From Faecousia sp. (GTDB taxonomy: Bacteria > Bacillota > Clostridia > Oscillospirales > Oscillospiraceae): a stretch of DNA of 64,000 bases. Location: assembly GCA_045659925.1 (NCBI GenBank), contig JAZRCV010000042.1, positions 4,137 through 68,136 on the forward strand, written 5' to 3'. The notes beneath the pieces are model-generated. The model was not told the origin of the DNA and made no database searches. It saw only the letters and a list, made by a program, of their open reading frames with translations. The number at the start of each line of letters is the position of its first letter. Within the stretch, counting starts at the first letter, position 1. This document shows, piece by piece, positions 55,931 to 64,000 of the stretch. The position numbers and the translations under genes were made by a program.

Positions 55931-57229
55931 ATGGCAAAATACAATCACTCGGTTTTACTGGATTTCAGCAAATGCAAGGGCTGCACCCACTGTCTAAAAC
56001 GCTGTCCTACCGAAGCGATCCGTATCCGCAACGGTCATGCGCAGATTTCTGCGACCAGTTGTATCGACTGCGGCGAGTGCATCCGCCTTTGCCCCTACAA
56101 TGCGAAAACGGCCATCTGCGATAAGCTGGAGGCCATCGAGTCCTTCCGCTACAAAATTGCCCTGCCGCCCCCCAGCCTCTACGGTCAGTTTGACCATCTG
56201 GACGATATCGACTATCTGCTCCAGGGTCTGCGTGATTATGGCTTTGACGAGGTATTTGAGGTAGCACAGGCTGCGGAGATCGTATCCGGCTATACCCGCA
56301 GATATCTGCGCCGTCCCGATGTCATAAAGCCTGCCATCAGCTCCGCGTGTCCTGCGATCTCGCATCTGATTGAGCAGCGCTTCCCCAATCTGATTGATAA
56401 TGTCATTCCGCTGCTGCCCCCTGTGGATGTGGCGGCGAGAATGGCCCGCGAAAAGGCGCTGGCTGAGCATCCTGAGCTCAAAAGCGAGGACATTGGCATC
56501 TGCTTCATTTCGCCTTGCCCCGCCAAAGTCAGCTACCTGAAAAACGAAATTGCAAAAGGCCGGTCCAATGTGGACTGCGTCGTTTCCATGGGAGATATGT
56601 ATTTCTCCCTAGTCAATATCATGAGCCGTGCCATTGAGCCTGAGGTAAATTCTCAGACCGGCATCATCGGCGTCAGCTGGGCTTCCAGCGGCGGCGAAGC
56701 CAGTGCACTGTTCAACGACCGCTATCTGGCAGCGGACGGCATCGAAAATGTCATCCGTGTGCTGGAAAACATTGATAACGGCTCCTTCCCGGAGCTGGAA
56801 TTCATCGAGCTCAATGCCTGCAGCGGTGGCTGTGTCGGCGGCGTACTGACGGTGGAAAATGCGTTCATCGCCAAGGCCCGTCTGCAAACCGTCCGCCACT
56901 ATCTACCCGTATCCCGCAACTGGAATGTCGCCGGTGATGCCAAATCGGATATTTCCATTCCGGACACTCTGTTTATGAGTGAGCCTCTGGAATATACCCC
57001 CCACGGCAGTCTGGCCGACAATATGATGGAAGCTTTCCGCAAGCGCGCCAAAATTCAGGAAATCGTCGATCGGCTTCCTGCACTGGATTGCGGTTCCTGC
57101 GGCTCTCCCACCTGCCTCGCCTTTGCAATGGACATTGTCAACGGCAACGCCACGGAGGATGAATGCATCGTAAAGATGCGGGATAGAATGCATGAGCTTT
57201 TGGGAGGATCTGACCATGACAGTCCGTGA
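55931..57229 (+). CDS. HydS-like (putative sensory) [FeFe]-hydrogenase paralogue lacking the proton-relay cysteine
   Basis: Two N-terminal 4Fe-4S motifs (CKGCTHCLKRCP, CIDCGECIRLCP). H-domain motifs are L1 SSACPAI, L2 SPCPAKVSY and L3 ELNACSGGCVGG. An extra C-terminal motif CGSCGSPTC...C is present. I saw no PAS domain. Confidence 0.75.
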   Translation: MAKYNHSVLLDFSKCKGCTHCLKRCPTEAIRIRNGHAQISATSCIDCGECIRLCPYNAKTAICDKLEAIESFRYKIALPPPSLYGQFDHLDDIDYLLQGLRDYGFDEVFEVAQAAEIVSGYTRRYLRRPDVIKPAISSACPAISHLIEQRFPNLIDNVIPLLPPVDVAARMAREKALAEHPELKSEDIGICFISPCPAKVSYLKNEIAKGRSNVDCVVSMGDMYFSLVNIMSRAIEPEVNSQTGIIGVSWASSGGEASALFNDRYLAADGIENVIRVLENIDNGSFPELEFIELNACSGGCVGGVLTVENAFIAKARLQTVRHYLPVSRNWNVAGDAKSDISIPDTLFMSEPLEYTPHGSLADNMMEAFRKRAKIQEIVDRLPALDCGSCGSPTCLAFAMDIVNGNATEDECIVKMRDRMHELLGGSDHDSP

Positions 57230-57542
57230 ACTTTGTGACGCCGCCGGCTTTGCCCCTCTGGCACTGCCGGATCCTGACCGTGAAATTGAAGGCTGCTATG
57301 TGGGCGACCTTCTGAGCTGGGTCATGGGCAATGCGTCCTATGGCTGCGCCTGGGTCACGATCATGACCAACCGTAATATCATCGCCGTAGCTACCCTCAT
57401 CGATATGGCCTGCATCCTTCTGGCAGAAGGCTGCACCCTGCCGGAGGATCTGACAGAGCTGGCAATGAGCCAGAATGTCAATGTGCTCACCAGCGCAAAG
57501 CCCGCGTATGAAACCTGCGCGGCACTGGCGGGGCTGCTATGA
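57216..57542 (+). CDS. DRTGG-domain protein (copy 2)
   Basis: 108 aa. VGDLLSWVMGNASYGCAWVTIMTNRNIIAVATLIDMACILLAEG parallels copy 1. ATG at 57216 sits behind gggagga and overlaps the upstream gene by 14 nt. Confidence 0.6.
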   Translation: MTVRELCDAAGFAPLALPDPDREIEGCYVGDLLSWVMGNASYGCAWVTIMTNRNIIAVATLIDMACILLAEGCTLPEDLTELAMSQNVNVLTSAKPAYETCAALAGLL

Positions 57543-58267
57543 GGCGCGTCTACTGCGACTTCCACATCCACTCGTGTCTGTCCCCCTGCGGTGACGACAG
57601 CATGACCCCGGCTCTGGCCGCCGGTCTTTTGAAGCTGTCGGGCTACGATGTGGCAGCCCTCACCGACCACAACGCCACAGGCAACTGCCCGGCCTTCTTC
57701 CGCGCCTGCGAAAGCTATGGCCTGACGCCTCTGGCCGGAATGGAGCTGACCACGGCGGAAGACATCCATCTGGTATGTCTGCTGAGAACCTGCGAGGAGG
57801 CTGAAGCCTTCGGGCAGGCAGTGCAGCAGCATCGGATGCTGATCCGCAATCGTCCCCAGTTTTTTGGACGGCAGCTTCTGATGGATGCGGAGGACAATAT
57901 TCTGGGTGAAGAACCGAATCTGCTTCCCAATGCCACGGATCTGTCCCTGGAGGATGCCTACGCATTGGCCACCGATTTTGGTGCCATCTGCTATCCCGCC
58001 CATGTGGACCGGGAAAGCAACGGCATTTTGGCCATCCTCGGTGATATGCCGGAATTGCCCTCCTTTTCCCACGCGGAATTCCGCGAACCGGAAAACCGGG
58101 ACAACTACTGCATCCACTATCCCCGCCTGAAGGGTCTGCGTCCCCTCTTTGGTTCCGACGCTCATCGACCCGACGCCATCTGCGATGCACAGTTCTCCAT
58201 TGAGATCGCGCAGACCGGCGATGTGGCGGCGGCAGTCATGGAAGCATTGCAAGGAGGAAGCCGATGA
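57539..58267 (+). CDS. PHP-family metal-dependent phosphoesterase
   Basis: 242 aa. CDFHIHSCLSPCGDD...LTDHNA...AGMELTT...PAHVD are PHP His/Asp metal ligands. ATGA overlap with the upstream gene. Confidence 0.75.
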   Translation: MRRVYCDFHIHSCLSPCGDDSMTPALAAGLLKLSGYDVAALTDHNATGNCPAFFRACESYGLTPLAGMELTTAEDIHLVCLLRTCEEAEAFGQAVQQHRMLIRNRPQFFGRQLLMDAEDNILGEEPNLLPNATDLSLEDAYALATDFGAICYPAHVDRESNGILAILGDMPELPSFSHAEFREPENRDNYCIHYPRLKGLRPLFGSDAHRPDAICDAQFSIEIAQTGDVAAAVMEALQGGSR

Positions 58268-58812
58268 AAGAGCTGTCACTCAACATTTTGGACATCGCCA
58301 TGAATTCCGTCAAAGCCGGTGCCAATCATCTTGGCATTGAACTGAACGAGACGGAAGAGCCTCTGCTCACCATTATCATTCGTGATGATGGCTGCGGTAT
58401 GAGTGAGGAATTTGTCCGGCGTCTGTCGGATCCCTTCTGCACCACCCGCACCACACGAAAGGTGGGTCTGGGCGTTCCCTTCTACCTGCTGGCAGCAGAG
58501 CAGACGGGCGGCGGCGTCACCATTGAATCCACCCCCGAGCCCGATCCCAATCACGGTACCACGGTAACTGCCGTGTTCCGCAAGGATCACATCGATTTTA
58601 CGCCCCTGGGCGATATCATCTCCACCATCACTACCCTGATCCACGGCTACCCGGACATTGCGCTGGAGTTTTCCCACCGCTTCCCTACCCACGCGGTAGA
58701 ATTGTCCACAGTTGAGATCAAGGCGATGCTTGGGGACATTCCCATCAACACTCTGGAAATCCTCAACTGGATCAGGGACTTTCTGGAAGAACAATACGAT
58801 CACCAATCATAG
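58264..58812 (+). CDS. GHKL-superfamily ATPase (HATPase_c-like, copy 2)
   Basis: 182 aa with an N-box-like LNILDIAMNSVKAGA, G1 RDDGCGM and G2 VGLGVPF. ATGA overlap with the PHP gene. Confidence 0.65.
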   Translation: MKELSLNILDIAMNSVKAGANHLGIELNETEEPLLTIIIRDDGCGMSEEFVRRLSDPFCTTRTTRKVGLGVPFYLLAAEQTGGGVTIESTPEPDPNHGTTVTAVFRKDHIDFTPLGDIISTITTLIHGYPDIALEFSHRFPTHAVELSTVEIKAMLGDIPINTLEILNWIRDFLEEQYDHQS

Positions 58813-58828
58813 AAGGAAGGATAACATC

Positions 58829-59197
58829 ATGAAAACACTCGAAGAACTTGCTCAGCTCAGAGAGCAAATGAAGGCGAAGATGGCAATCCGCACCACCGAA
58901 GGCAAGCTCCGTGTAGTAGTCGGCATGGCTACCTGCGGCATTGCTGCCGGCGCAAGACCCGTCCTCAACACCCTTGCCGACGAAGTCAGCAAGGAAGGCC
59001 TGACGGAAAAGGTTTCCGTTTCCCAGACCGGCTGCATTGGCATCTGCCAGTTTGAGCCCGTCATCGAAGTCTTTGACGGCGACTCCAAGGTCACCTATGT
59101 CAAGATGACCCCCGACAAGGCAAAGCGCATCGTTGCCGAGCACCTCAAGGGTGGCAAGGTTGTTCAGGAATACACCATCGGCAATTCTAATGTTTAA
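58829..59197 (+). CDS. Thioredoxin-like [2Fe-2S] ferredoxin
   Basis: 122 aa. VVGMATCGIAAG...QTGCIGICQFEP has four Cys in the NuoE/HydC-like spacing. Confidence 0.75.
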   Translation: MKTLEELAQLREQMKAKMAIRTTEGKLRVVVGMATCGIAAGARPVLNTLADEVSKEGLTEKVSVSQTGCIGICQFEPVIEVFDGDSKVTYVKMTPDKAKRIVAEHLKGGKVVQEYTIGNSNV

Positions 59198-59217
59198 TCA
59201 CGGAGGAGCAGTATAGT

Positions 59218-61005
59218 ATGATTCGTTCTCATGTTATGATTTGTGCCGGTACCGGTTGTACCGCATCCGGCAGTGCTACTCTGCAGGCTTCCCTGCAGAA
59301 AGAGCTGGAAGCAAAGGGTCTGCAGGAAGAAGTCCGCATCGTCCCGACCGGCTGCTTCGGCCTTTGTGCCCTTGGCCCCATCATGATCATCTACCCCGAA
59401 GGCGTGTTCTATGCCAACGTTGAGGCATCTGATATTCCCGAAATCGTGGAAGAGCACCTGCTGAAGGGCCGTATCGTTCAGCGCCTCGTCCATACCGATG
59501 AGACCACCAAGGAACTCGTCACCAACCTGGCTGACACCAGCTTCTACAAGATCCAGCAGCGTGTTGCTCTGCGTAACTGCGGCGAAATCGACCCCGAAAA
59601 CATCGACGAATACATTGCCAAGGACGGCTATGCAGCCCTTGCCAAGGTTCTGACCCAGATGTCTCCTGAAGATGTCATCCAGACCCTGCTTGACTCCGGT
59701 CTTCGCGGCCGCGGCGGCGCAGGCTTCCCCACCGGCCTGAAGTGGAAGTTTGCCAGAGGCTATCAGGATGATCAGAAGTACGTCTGCTGCAACGCTGACG
59801 AAGGCGACCCCGGTGCATTCATGGACCGCTCCATCCTGGAAGGCGACCCCCATGCACTTCTCGAAGCTATGACCATCGCCGGTTACACCATCGGCGCAAA
59901 TCAGGGCTACATCTACGTTCGTGCTGAATATCCCATCGCTGTTCAGCGTCTGGACATCGCCATCAAGCAGTCCAGAGAATACGGCCTGCTGGGCGACAAC
60001 ATCCTCGGCACCGGCTTCAAGTTCAACATCGACCTGCGTCTGGGCGCTGGCGCATTCGTCTGCGGCGAAGAAACTGCTCTGATGACCTCCATCGAAGGCA
60101 ACCGCGGCGAACCCCGTCCCCGTCCTCCCTTCCCCGCTGAAAAGGGTCTGTACAACAAGCCCTCCATCCTGAACAACGTAGAAACCTACGCCAACATCCC
60201 CCAGATCATCCTCAAGGGCGCTGACTGGTTCGCCTCCATGGGCACCGAACAGTCCAAGGGCACCAAGGTCTTCGCTCTGGGCGGCAAGATCGAGCACACC
60301 GGCCTGGTGGAAGTCCCCATGGGCACCACCCTGCGCCAGATCGTTGAAGAAGTTGGCGGCGGCATCCCCAACGGCAAGAAGTTCAAGGCTGCTCAGACCG
60401 GCGGTCCTTCCGGCGGCTGCATCCCCATTGAACACTTCGACGTTCCCGTTGGCTACGAACACCTGGCAGAGCTGGGCTCCATCGTTGGTTCCGGCGGTCT
60501 GATCGTCATGGACGAAGACAACTGCATGGTCGACATCGCTAAGTTCTTCCTCGAATTCACCGTTGATGAATCCTGCGGTAAGTGCACTCCCTGCCGTATC
60601 GGCACCCGCCGTATGCTGGAGCTGCTCGACAAGATCACCGAGGGCAACGGCACCATGGAAGATCTGGAAAAGCTCGAAGAGCTGTGCTACTATGTCAAGG
60701 AAAACTCCCTGTGCGGTCTGGGCCAGACGGCTCCCAACCCCGTTGTTTCCACCCTCCGCTTCTTCCGCGATGAGTACATTGCCCATATCGTTGACAAGCG
60801 CTGCCCCGCTGGCGTCTGCAAGAGCCTGATGCAGTATGTCATCGATGCCGACAAGTGCAAGGGCTGCTCCCTCTGCGCAAGAAAGTGCCCCGTTGGCGCA
60901 ATCTCCGGTTCCGTCAAGAATCCCCATGTGATCGATCCTGTCAAGTGCATCAAGTGCGGCGCCTGCGAAGCAGCCTGCAAGTTCGATGCAATCAGCAAGA
61001 AGTAA
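59218..61005 (+). CDS. hydB: NuoF-like NAD(P)H/FMN-binding subunit of HydABC-type hydrogenase (HydB)
   Basis: 595 aa with an N-terminal 2Fe-2S (CAGTGC...GCFGLC), an FMN site GRGGAGFPTGLKW, a nucleotide site CNADEGDPGAF, the N3-type cluster ESCGKCTPCR, and two C-terminal 4Fe-4S motifs. Confidence 0.9.
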   Translation: MIRSHVMICAGTGCTASGSATLQASLQKELEAKGLQEEVRIVPTGCFGLCALGPIMIIYPEGVFYANVEASDIPEIVEEHLLKGRIVQRLVHTDETTKELVTNLADTSFYKIQQRVALRNCGEIDPENIDEYIAKDGYAALAKVLTQMSPEDVIQTLLDSGLRGRGGAGFPTGLKWKFARGYQDDQKYVCCNADEGDPGAFMDRSILEGDPHALLEAMTIAGYTIGANQGYIYVRAEYPIAVQRLDIAIKQSREYGLLGDNILGTGFKFNIDLRLGAGAFVCGEETALMTSIEGNRGEPRPRPPFPAEKGLYNKPSILNNVETYANIPQIILKGADWFASMGTEQSKGTKVFALGGKIEHTGLVEVPMGTTLRQIVEEVGGGIPNGKKFKAAQTGGPSGGCIPIEHFDVPVGYEHLAELGSIVGSGGLIVMDEDNCMVDIAKFFLEFTVDESCGKCTPCRIGTRRMLELLDKITEGNGTMEDLEKLEELCYYVKENSLCGLGQTAPNPVVSTLRFFRDEYIAHIVDKRCPAGVCKSLMQYVIDADKCKGCSLCARKCPVGAISGSVKNPHVIDPVKCIKCGACEAACKFDAISKK

Positions 61006-61018
61006 GGAGGAACAGAGC

Positions 61019-62773
61019 ATGGATATTACGATCAAAATCAATGGTTTCGAAGTGACCGCTCCCCGTGGCACTACGATCCTTCAGGCCGCAAGAATGGCCC
61101 ACATCGACATCCCCACCCTTTGCTACATGAAGGAAATCAATGCAATCGGCGCCTGCCGTCTGTGCGTTGTTGAAGCAAAGGAAGGCCCCCGTCCGGCAAA
61201 GCTGGTCGCCGCCTGTGTATACCCCATCTCCAACGGCATGGAAGTCGTTACCAACAGCCCCAAGGTCATCGAAGCAAGAAAGACCAACCTTGAGCTTCTC
61301 CTCTCCAACCACAATCGCTCCTGCCTGAGCTGCGTGCGCAGCGGCAGATGCGAACTGCAGACCCTCTGCCGTGAATACGGTGTCACCGAGGAAGGCAGAT
61401 ACGACGGCGTCAAGACTCCCAGCGAAATCGACGAGTCCGCCACCCATATGATCCGCGACAACTCCAAGTGCATCCTCTGCCGCCGCTGCGTGGCAGTTTG
61501 CGAGAAGAATCAGGCTGTCGGCGTCATCGGCGCCAACGAGCGTGGCTTCAAGACCAACATCGGCAGCGCCTTTGAAATGGGTCTGGGCGAAACCAGCTGC
61601 GTGGCCTGCGGCCAGTGCATCAACGTCTGCCCCACCGGCGCTCTGCATGAAAAGGAATCCATTGACGACGTTCTCGCCGCCATTGCCGATCCCACCAAGT
61701 ATGTCGTGGTTCAGACTGCTCCCGCTGTCCGTGCTGCTCTGGGCGAATGCTTCGGCCTGCCCATCGGCACCAACGTAGAAGGCAAGATGGTCGCTGCTCT
61801 GCGCCGTCTCGGCTTCGACCGCGTCTTCGATACCGACTTCTCCGCTGACCTCACCATCATGGAAGAAGCCAACGAGTTCATCGAACGCGTACAGAATGGC
61901 GGCAAGCTGCCCCTCATCACCTCCTGCAGCCCCGGCTGGATCAAGTACTGCGAACACTACTTCCCCGAAATGGTCGAGAACCTGTCCTCCTGCAAGTCTC
62001 CCCAGCAGATGCTCGGCGCTGTCATCAAGACCTACTTCGCAGAGACCATGGGCATTGATCCCAAGAACATCGTTTCTGTTTCCGTCATGCCCTGCACCGC
62101 TAAGAAGTTCGAGATCGGCCGCGACAATCAGAACGCTGCCGGTGTTGCCGACGTGGACTTTGCTCTCTCCACCCGTGAACTCGGCCGCATGATCGAGAAG
62201 GTCGGCATCCGCTTCCTGGATCTGCCCGATGAAGAGTACGACTCTCCCCTGGGTGAAGACACCGGCGCAGCTGTCATCTTCGGCGCCACCGGCGGTGTTA
62301 TGGAAGCTGCTCTGCGTACTGCAGTGGAAACCCTCACCGGCACCGAGCTGGAAAGCGTTGACTTCCACGAAGTCCGCGGCCTGGCTGGCATCAAGGAAGC
62401 TACCTACAACGTCAACGGCATGGACGTCAACGTTGCTGTCGCTTCCGGCCTGAAGAATGCTCATGACCTGCTCATGCGTGTCCAGAACGGCGAAGCCAAC
62501 TATCACTTCATCGAGATCATGGGTTGCCCCGGCGGCTGCATCAACGGCGGCGGCCAGCCCCAGCAGCCTGCTTCCGTCCGCAACTTTGTGGATGTTCCCG
62601 CTCTGCGCGCCAAGGTTCTGTACGATCAGGATGCAGCAATGCCCCTGCGTAAGTCCCACGCAAATCCCTCTATCCAGAAGCTGTACGCTGAGTACTTCGA
62701 GAAACCCGGCAGCCACAAGGCTCACGAGTATCTCCACACCACTTACGTCAAGCGTACCATCAACCACAACTAA
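61019..62773 (+). CDS. hydA: [FeFe]-hydrogenase catalytic subunit HydA (M3 architecture) with non-canonical L1 motif
   Basis: 584 aa with an N-terminal 2Fe-2S (CYMKEINAIGACRLC), a His-ligated cluster and two 4Fe-4S motifs. L1 is TSCSPGW, L2 is MPCTAKKFE and L3 is EIMGCPGGCINGGGQP. ATG at 61019 sits behind aaggagg. Confidence 0.9.
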   Translation: MDITIKINGFEVTAPRGTTILQAARMAHIDIPTLCYMKEINAIGACRLCVVEAKEGPRPAKLVAACVYPISNGMEVVTNSPKVIEARKTNLELLLSNHNRSCLSCVRSGRCELQTLCREYGVTEEGRYDGVKTPSEIDESATHMIRDNSKCILCRRCVAVCEKNQAVGVIGANERGFKTNIGSAFEMGLGETSCVACGQCINVCPTGALHEKESIDDVLAAIADPTKYVVVQTAPAVRAALGECFGLPIGTNVEGKMVAALRRLGFDRVFDTDFSADLTIMEEANEFIERVQNGGKLPLITSCSPGWIKYCEHYFPEMVENLSSCKSPQQMLGAVIKTYFAETMGIDPKNIVSVSVMPCTAKKFEIGRDNQNAAGVADVDFALSTRELGRMIEKVGIRFLDLPDEEYDSPLGEDTGAAVIFGATGGVMEAALRTAVETLTGTELESVDFHEVRGLAGIKEATYNVNGMDVNVAVASGLKNAHDLLMRVQNGEANYHFIEIMGCPGGCINGGGQPQQPASVRNFVDVPALRAKVLYDQDAAMPLRKSHANPSIQKLYAEYFEKPGSHKAHEYLHTTYVKRTINHN

Positions 62774-62785
62774 TCATTGCAACAA

Positions 62786-62818
62786 CCGCCCCTGCTCCGG
62801 CAGGGGCGGGTCTGTATT
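62786..62818 (+). terminator. Terminator hairpin after hydA
   Basis: 10-bp GC-rich stem ccgcccctgc / gcaggggcgg with a tetraloop and a weak U-tail. Confidence 0.55.
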
Positions 62819-62824
62819 GAACAA

Positions 62825-62858
62825 CGCAAAAACAGGCAGCGCTTGAGCGCTGCCTGTT
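62825..62858 (-). terminator. Rho-independent terminator of groEL (minus strand)
   Basis: 12-bp stem aacaggcagcgc / gcgctgcctgtt. The minus strand continues with tttttgcg. Confidence 0.8.
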
Positions 62859-62878
62859 GCTATTTGATTGGGTATCGA

Positions 62879-64000
62879 TTAATACATGCCGCCCATGCCG
62901 CCGCCTGCGCTGGCTGCTGCCAGAGCTGCTTCTGCTGCGGGATCGGGCTTGTCGGTCACGAGGGATTCGGTGGTGAGGACGCAGGATGCGATAGAAGCTG
63001 CGTTCTCCAGAGCGCTGCGGGTCACCTTGGTGGGATCCACGATGCCGTTGGCGATCATTTCCACATATTCCTCGGTGTAGGCGTAGAAGCCGTAGCCGGG
63101 CTTGCCGCTGTAGCGGATCTTCTCGAAGATCACAGAGCCGTCAACACCGGCATTCTCCGCAATCTGGCGGATGGGTGCCTGCAGTGCCTTGGCAATGATC
63201 TGAGCGCCGGTCTTCTCGTCACCCTTCAGGGTGTCCACCAGAGCCTCTACAGCGGGGATGGCGTTGACATAAGCAGTGCCGCCGCCTGCTACGATGCCTT
63301 CTTCAACGGCTGCCTTGGTGGCGTTGAGGGCGTCCTCGATGCGGAGCTTCTGTTCCTTCATGGCAACTTCAGTCTGAGCGCCGACGCGGATGACAGCTAC
63401 GCCGCCTGCCAGCTTGGCAAGACGCTCCTGCAGCTTTTCACGGTCGTAATCGGAAGTGGTGATCTCGATGGCAGTCTTGATCTCCAGGGTACGGGCTGCA
63501 ATGGCATCTTCACTGCCTGCGCCGTCCACGATGGTGGTGTTGTCCTTGCCGATCTTGATCTTATGGGCACGGCCCAGATCGCTGAGCTGAGCTTCCTTGA
63601 GATCCATGTTCAGATCGCTGGAAATCACAGTGCCGCCGGTGAGGATGGCGATATCCTGCAGCATTTCCTTTCTGCGGTCGCCATAGCCGGGAGCCTTAAC
63701 AGCAACGCAGGTGAAGGTACCGCGCAGACGGTTGACAAGGATGGTAGCCAGAGCGTCGCCCTCTACATCCTCTGCGATGATGACCATCTTCTGGCCCATC
63801 TTCACGATCTGCTCCAGAATGGGCAGAATGTCCTGAATGCTGGAAATCTTCTTATCGGTGAACAGGATGAAAGGATCGTCGATGACTGCTTCCATCTTGT
63901 CGGTATCGGTGATCATATAGGGGGAGATATAGCCGCGATCAAACTGCATACCCTCAACTACATCCAGAGAGGTCTCGCCGGTCTTGGATTCTTCAATGGT
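62879..64000 (-). CDS. groL: Chaperonin GroEL, C-terminal ~370 aa (5' end beyond the window)
   Basis: [23 protein letters not shown] and the C-terminal GGMGGMY tail. The frame stays open to the window edge. Confidence 0.95.
   Translation of the reverse strand, partial: TIEESKTGETSLDVVEGMQFDRGYISPYMITDTDKMEAVIDDPFILFTDKKISSIQDILPILEQIVKMGQKMVIIAEDVEGDALATILVNRLRGTFTCVAVKAPGYGDRRKEMLQDIAILTGGTVISSDLNMDLKEAQLSDLGRAHKIKIGKDNTTIVDGAGSEDAIAARTLEIKTAIEITTSDYDREKLQERLAKLAGGVAVIRVGAQTEVAMKEQKLRIEDALNATKAAVEEGIVAGGGTAYVNAIPAVEALVDTLKGDEKTGAQIIAKALQAPIRQIAENAGVDGSVIFEKIRYSGKPGYGFYAYTEEYVEMIANGIVDPTKVTRSALENAASIASCVLTTESLVTDKPDPAAEAALAAASAGGGMGGMY

Noticed and set aside
59194-62767. 625-aa and 591-aa ORFs antisense to hydB and hydA
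   Set aside because: The sense frames contain textbook NuoF and H-cluster motifs. The antisense translations are G/A/V/D-rich repeats.

Overview
This 64-kb window looks like a chromosomal segment from a moderately high-GC anaerobic Firmicute. A Clostridia, Oscillospiraceae/Ruminococcaceae-like origin is inferred only from gene content, SLH proteins and synteny. It is densely coding and mostly housekeeping, and I saw no rRNA, tRNA, CRISPR array or transposase. From left to right it contains: (1) the distal half of an ethanolamine-utilisation microcompartment operon (eutC' L E M T pduL hyp eutN eutH), tightly translationally coupled; (2) dusB, an ECF sigma/anti-sigma pair, uvrA, radC and rlmH; (3) a minus-strand YedE/TusA-like/DUF3343 module; (4) an MBOAT plus SGNH pair whose SGNH protein is flanked by (Pro-Glu)n linkers; (5) a lower-GC cassette with two complete tandem TPP riboswitches driving a ykoF-like/thiXYZ-like ABC importer; (6) rluD-lspA; (7) a 928-aa single-polypeptide ECF sigma factor fused to a TM helix and a large extracytoplasmic domain, behind an ECF-type promoter; (8) rnj, a LysE exporter and an SLH-anchored transglutaminase-like protein; (9) gdpP-rplI-dnaB-tilS-hpt-ftsH; (10) ymdB plus an SbcD/SbcC-like pair whose ATPase has a TM hairpin in its coiled coil; (11) a long minus-strand block (recJ relA dtd MBL hemZ mtaD flippase mazG hup S4); (12) a HydABC-type [FeFe]-hydrogenase operon, followed by the 3' part of groEL. 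The best candidate for a poorly described system is the six-gene cassette that splits the hydrogenase structural genes: DRTGG, GHKL ATPase, a relay-less HydS-like hydrogenase paralogue, DRTGG, PHP phosphoesterase, GHKL ATPase. The catalytic HydA in the same operon also has a non-canonical L1 motif, TSCSPGW. All function calls come from reading motifs in the translations by eye. No database search was run.
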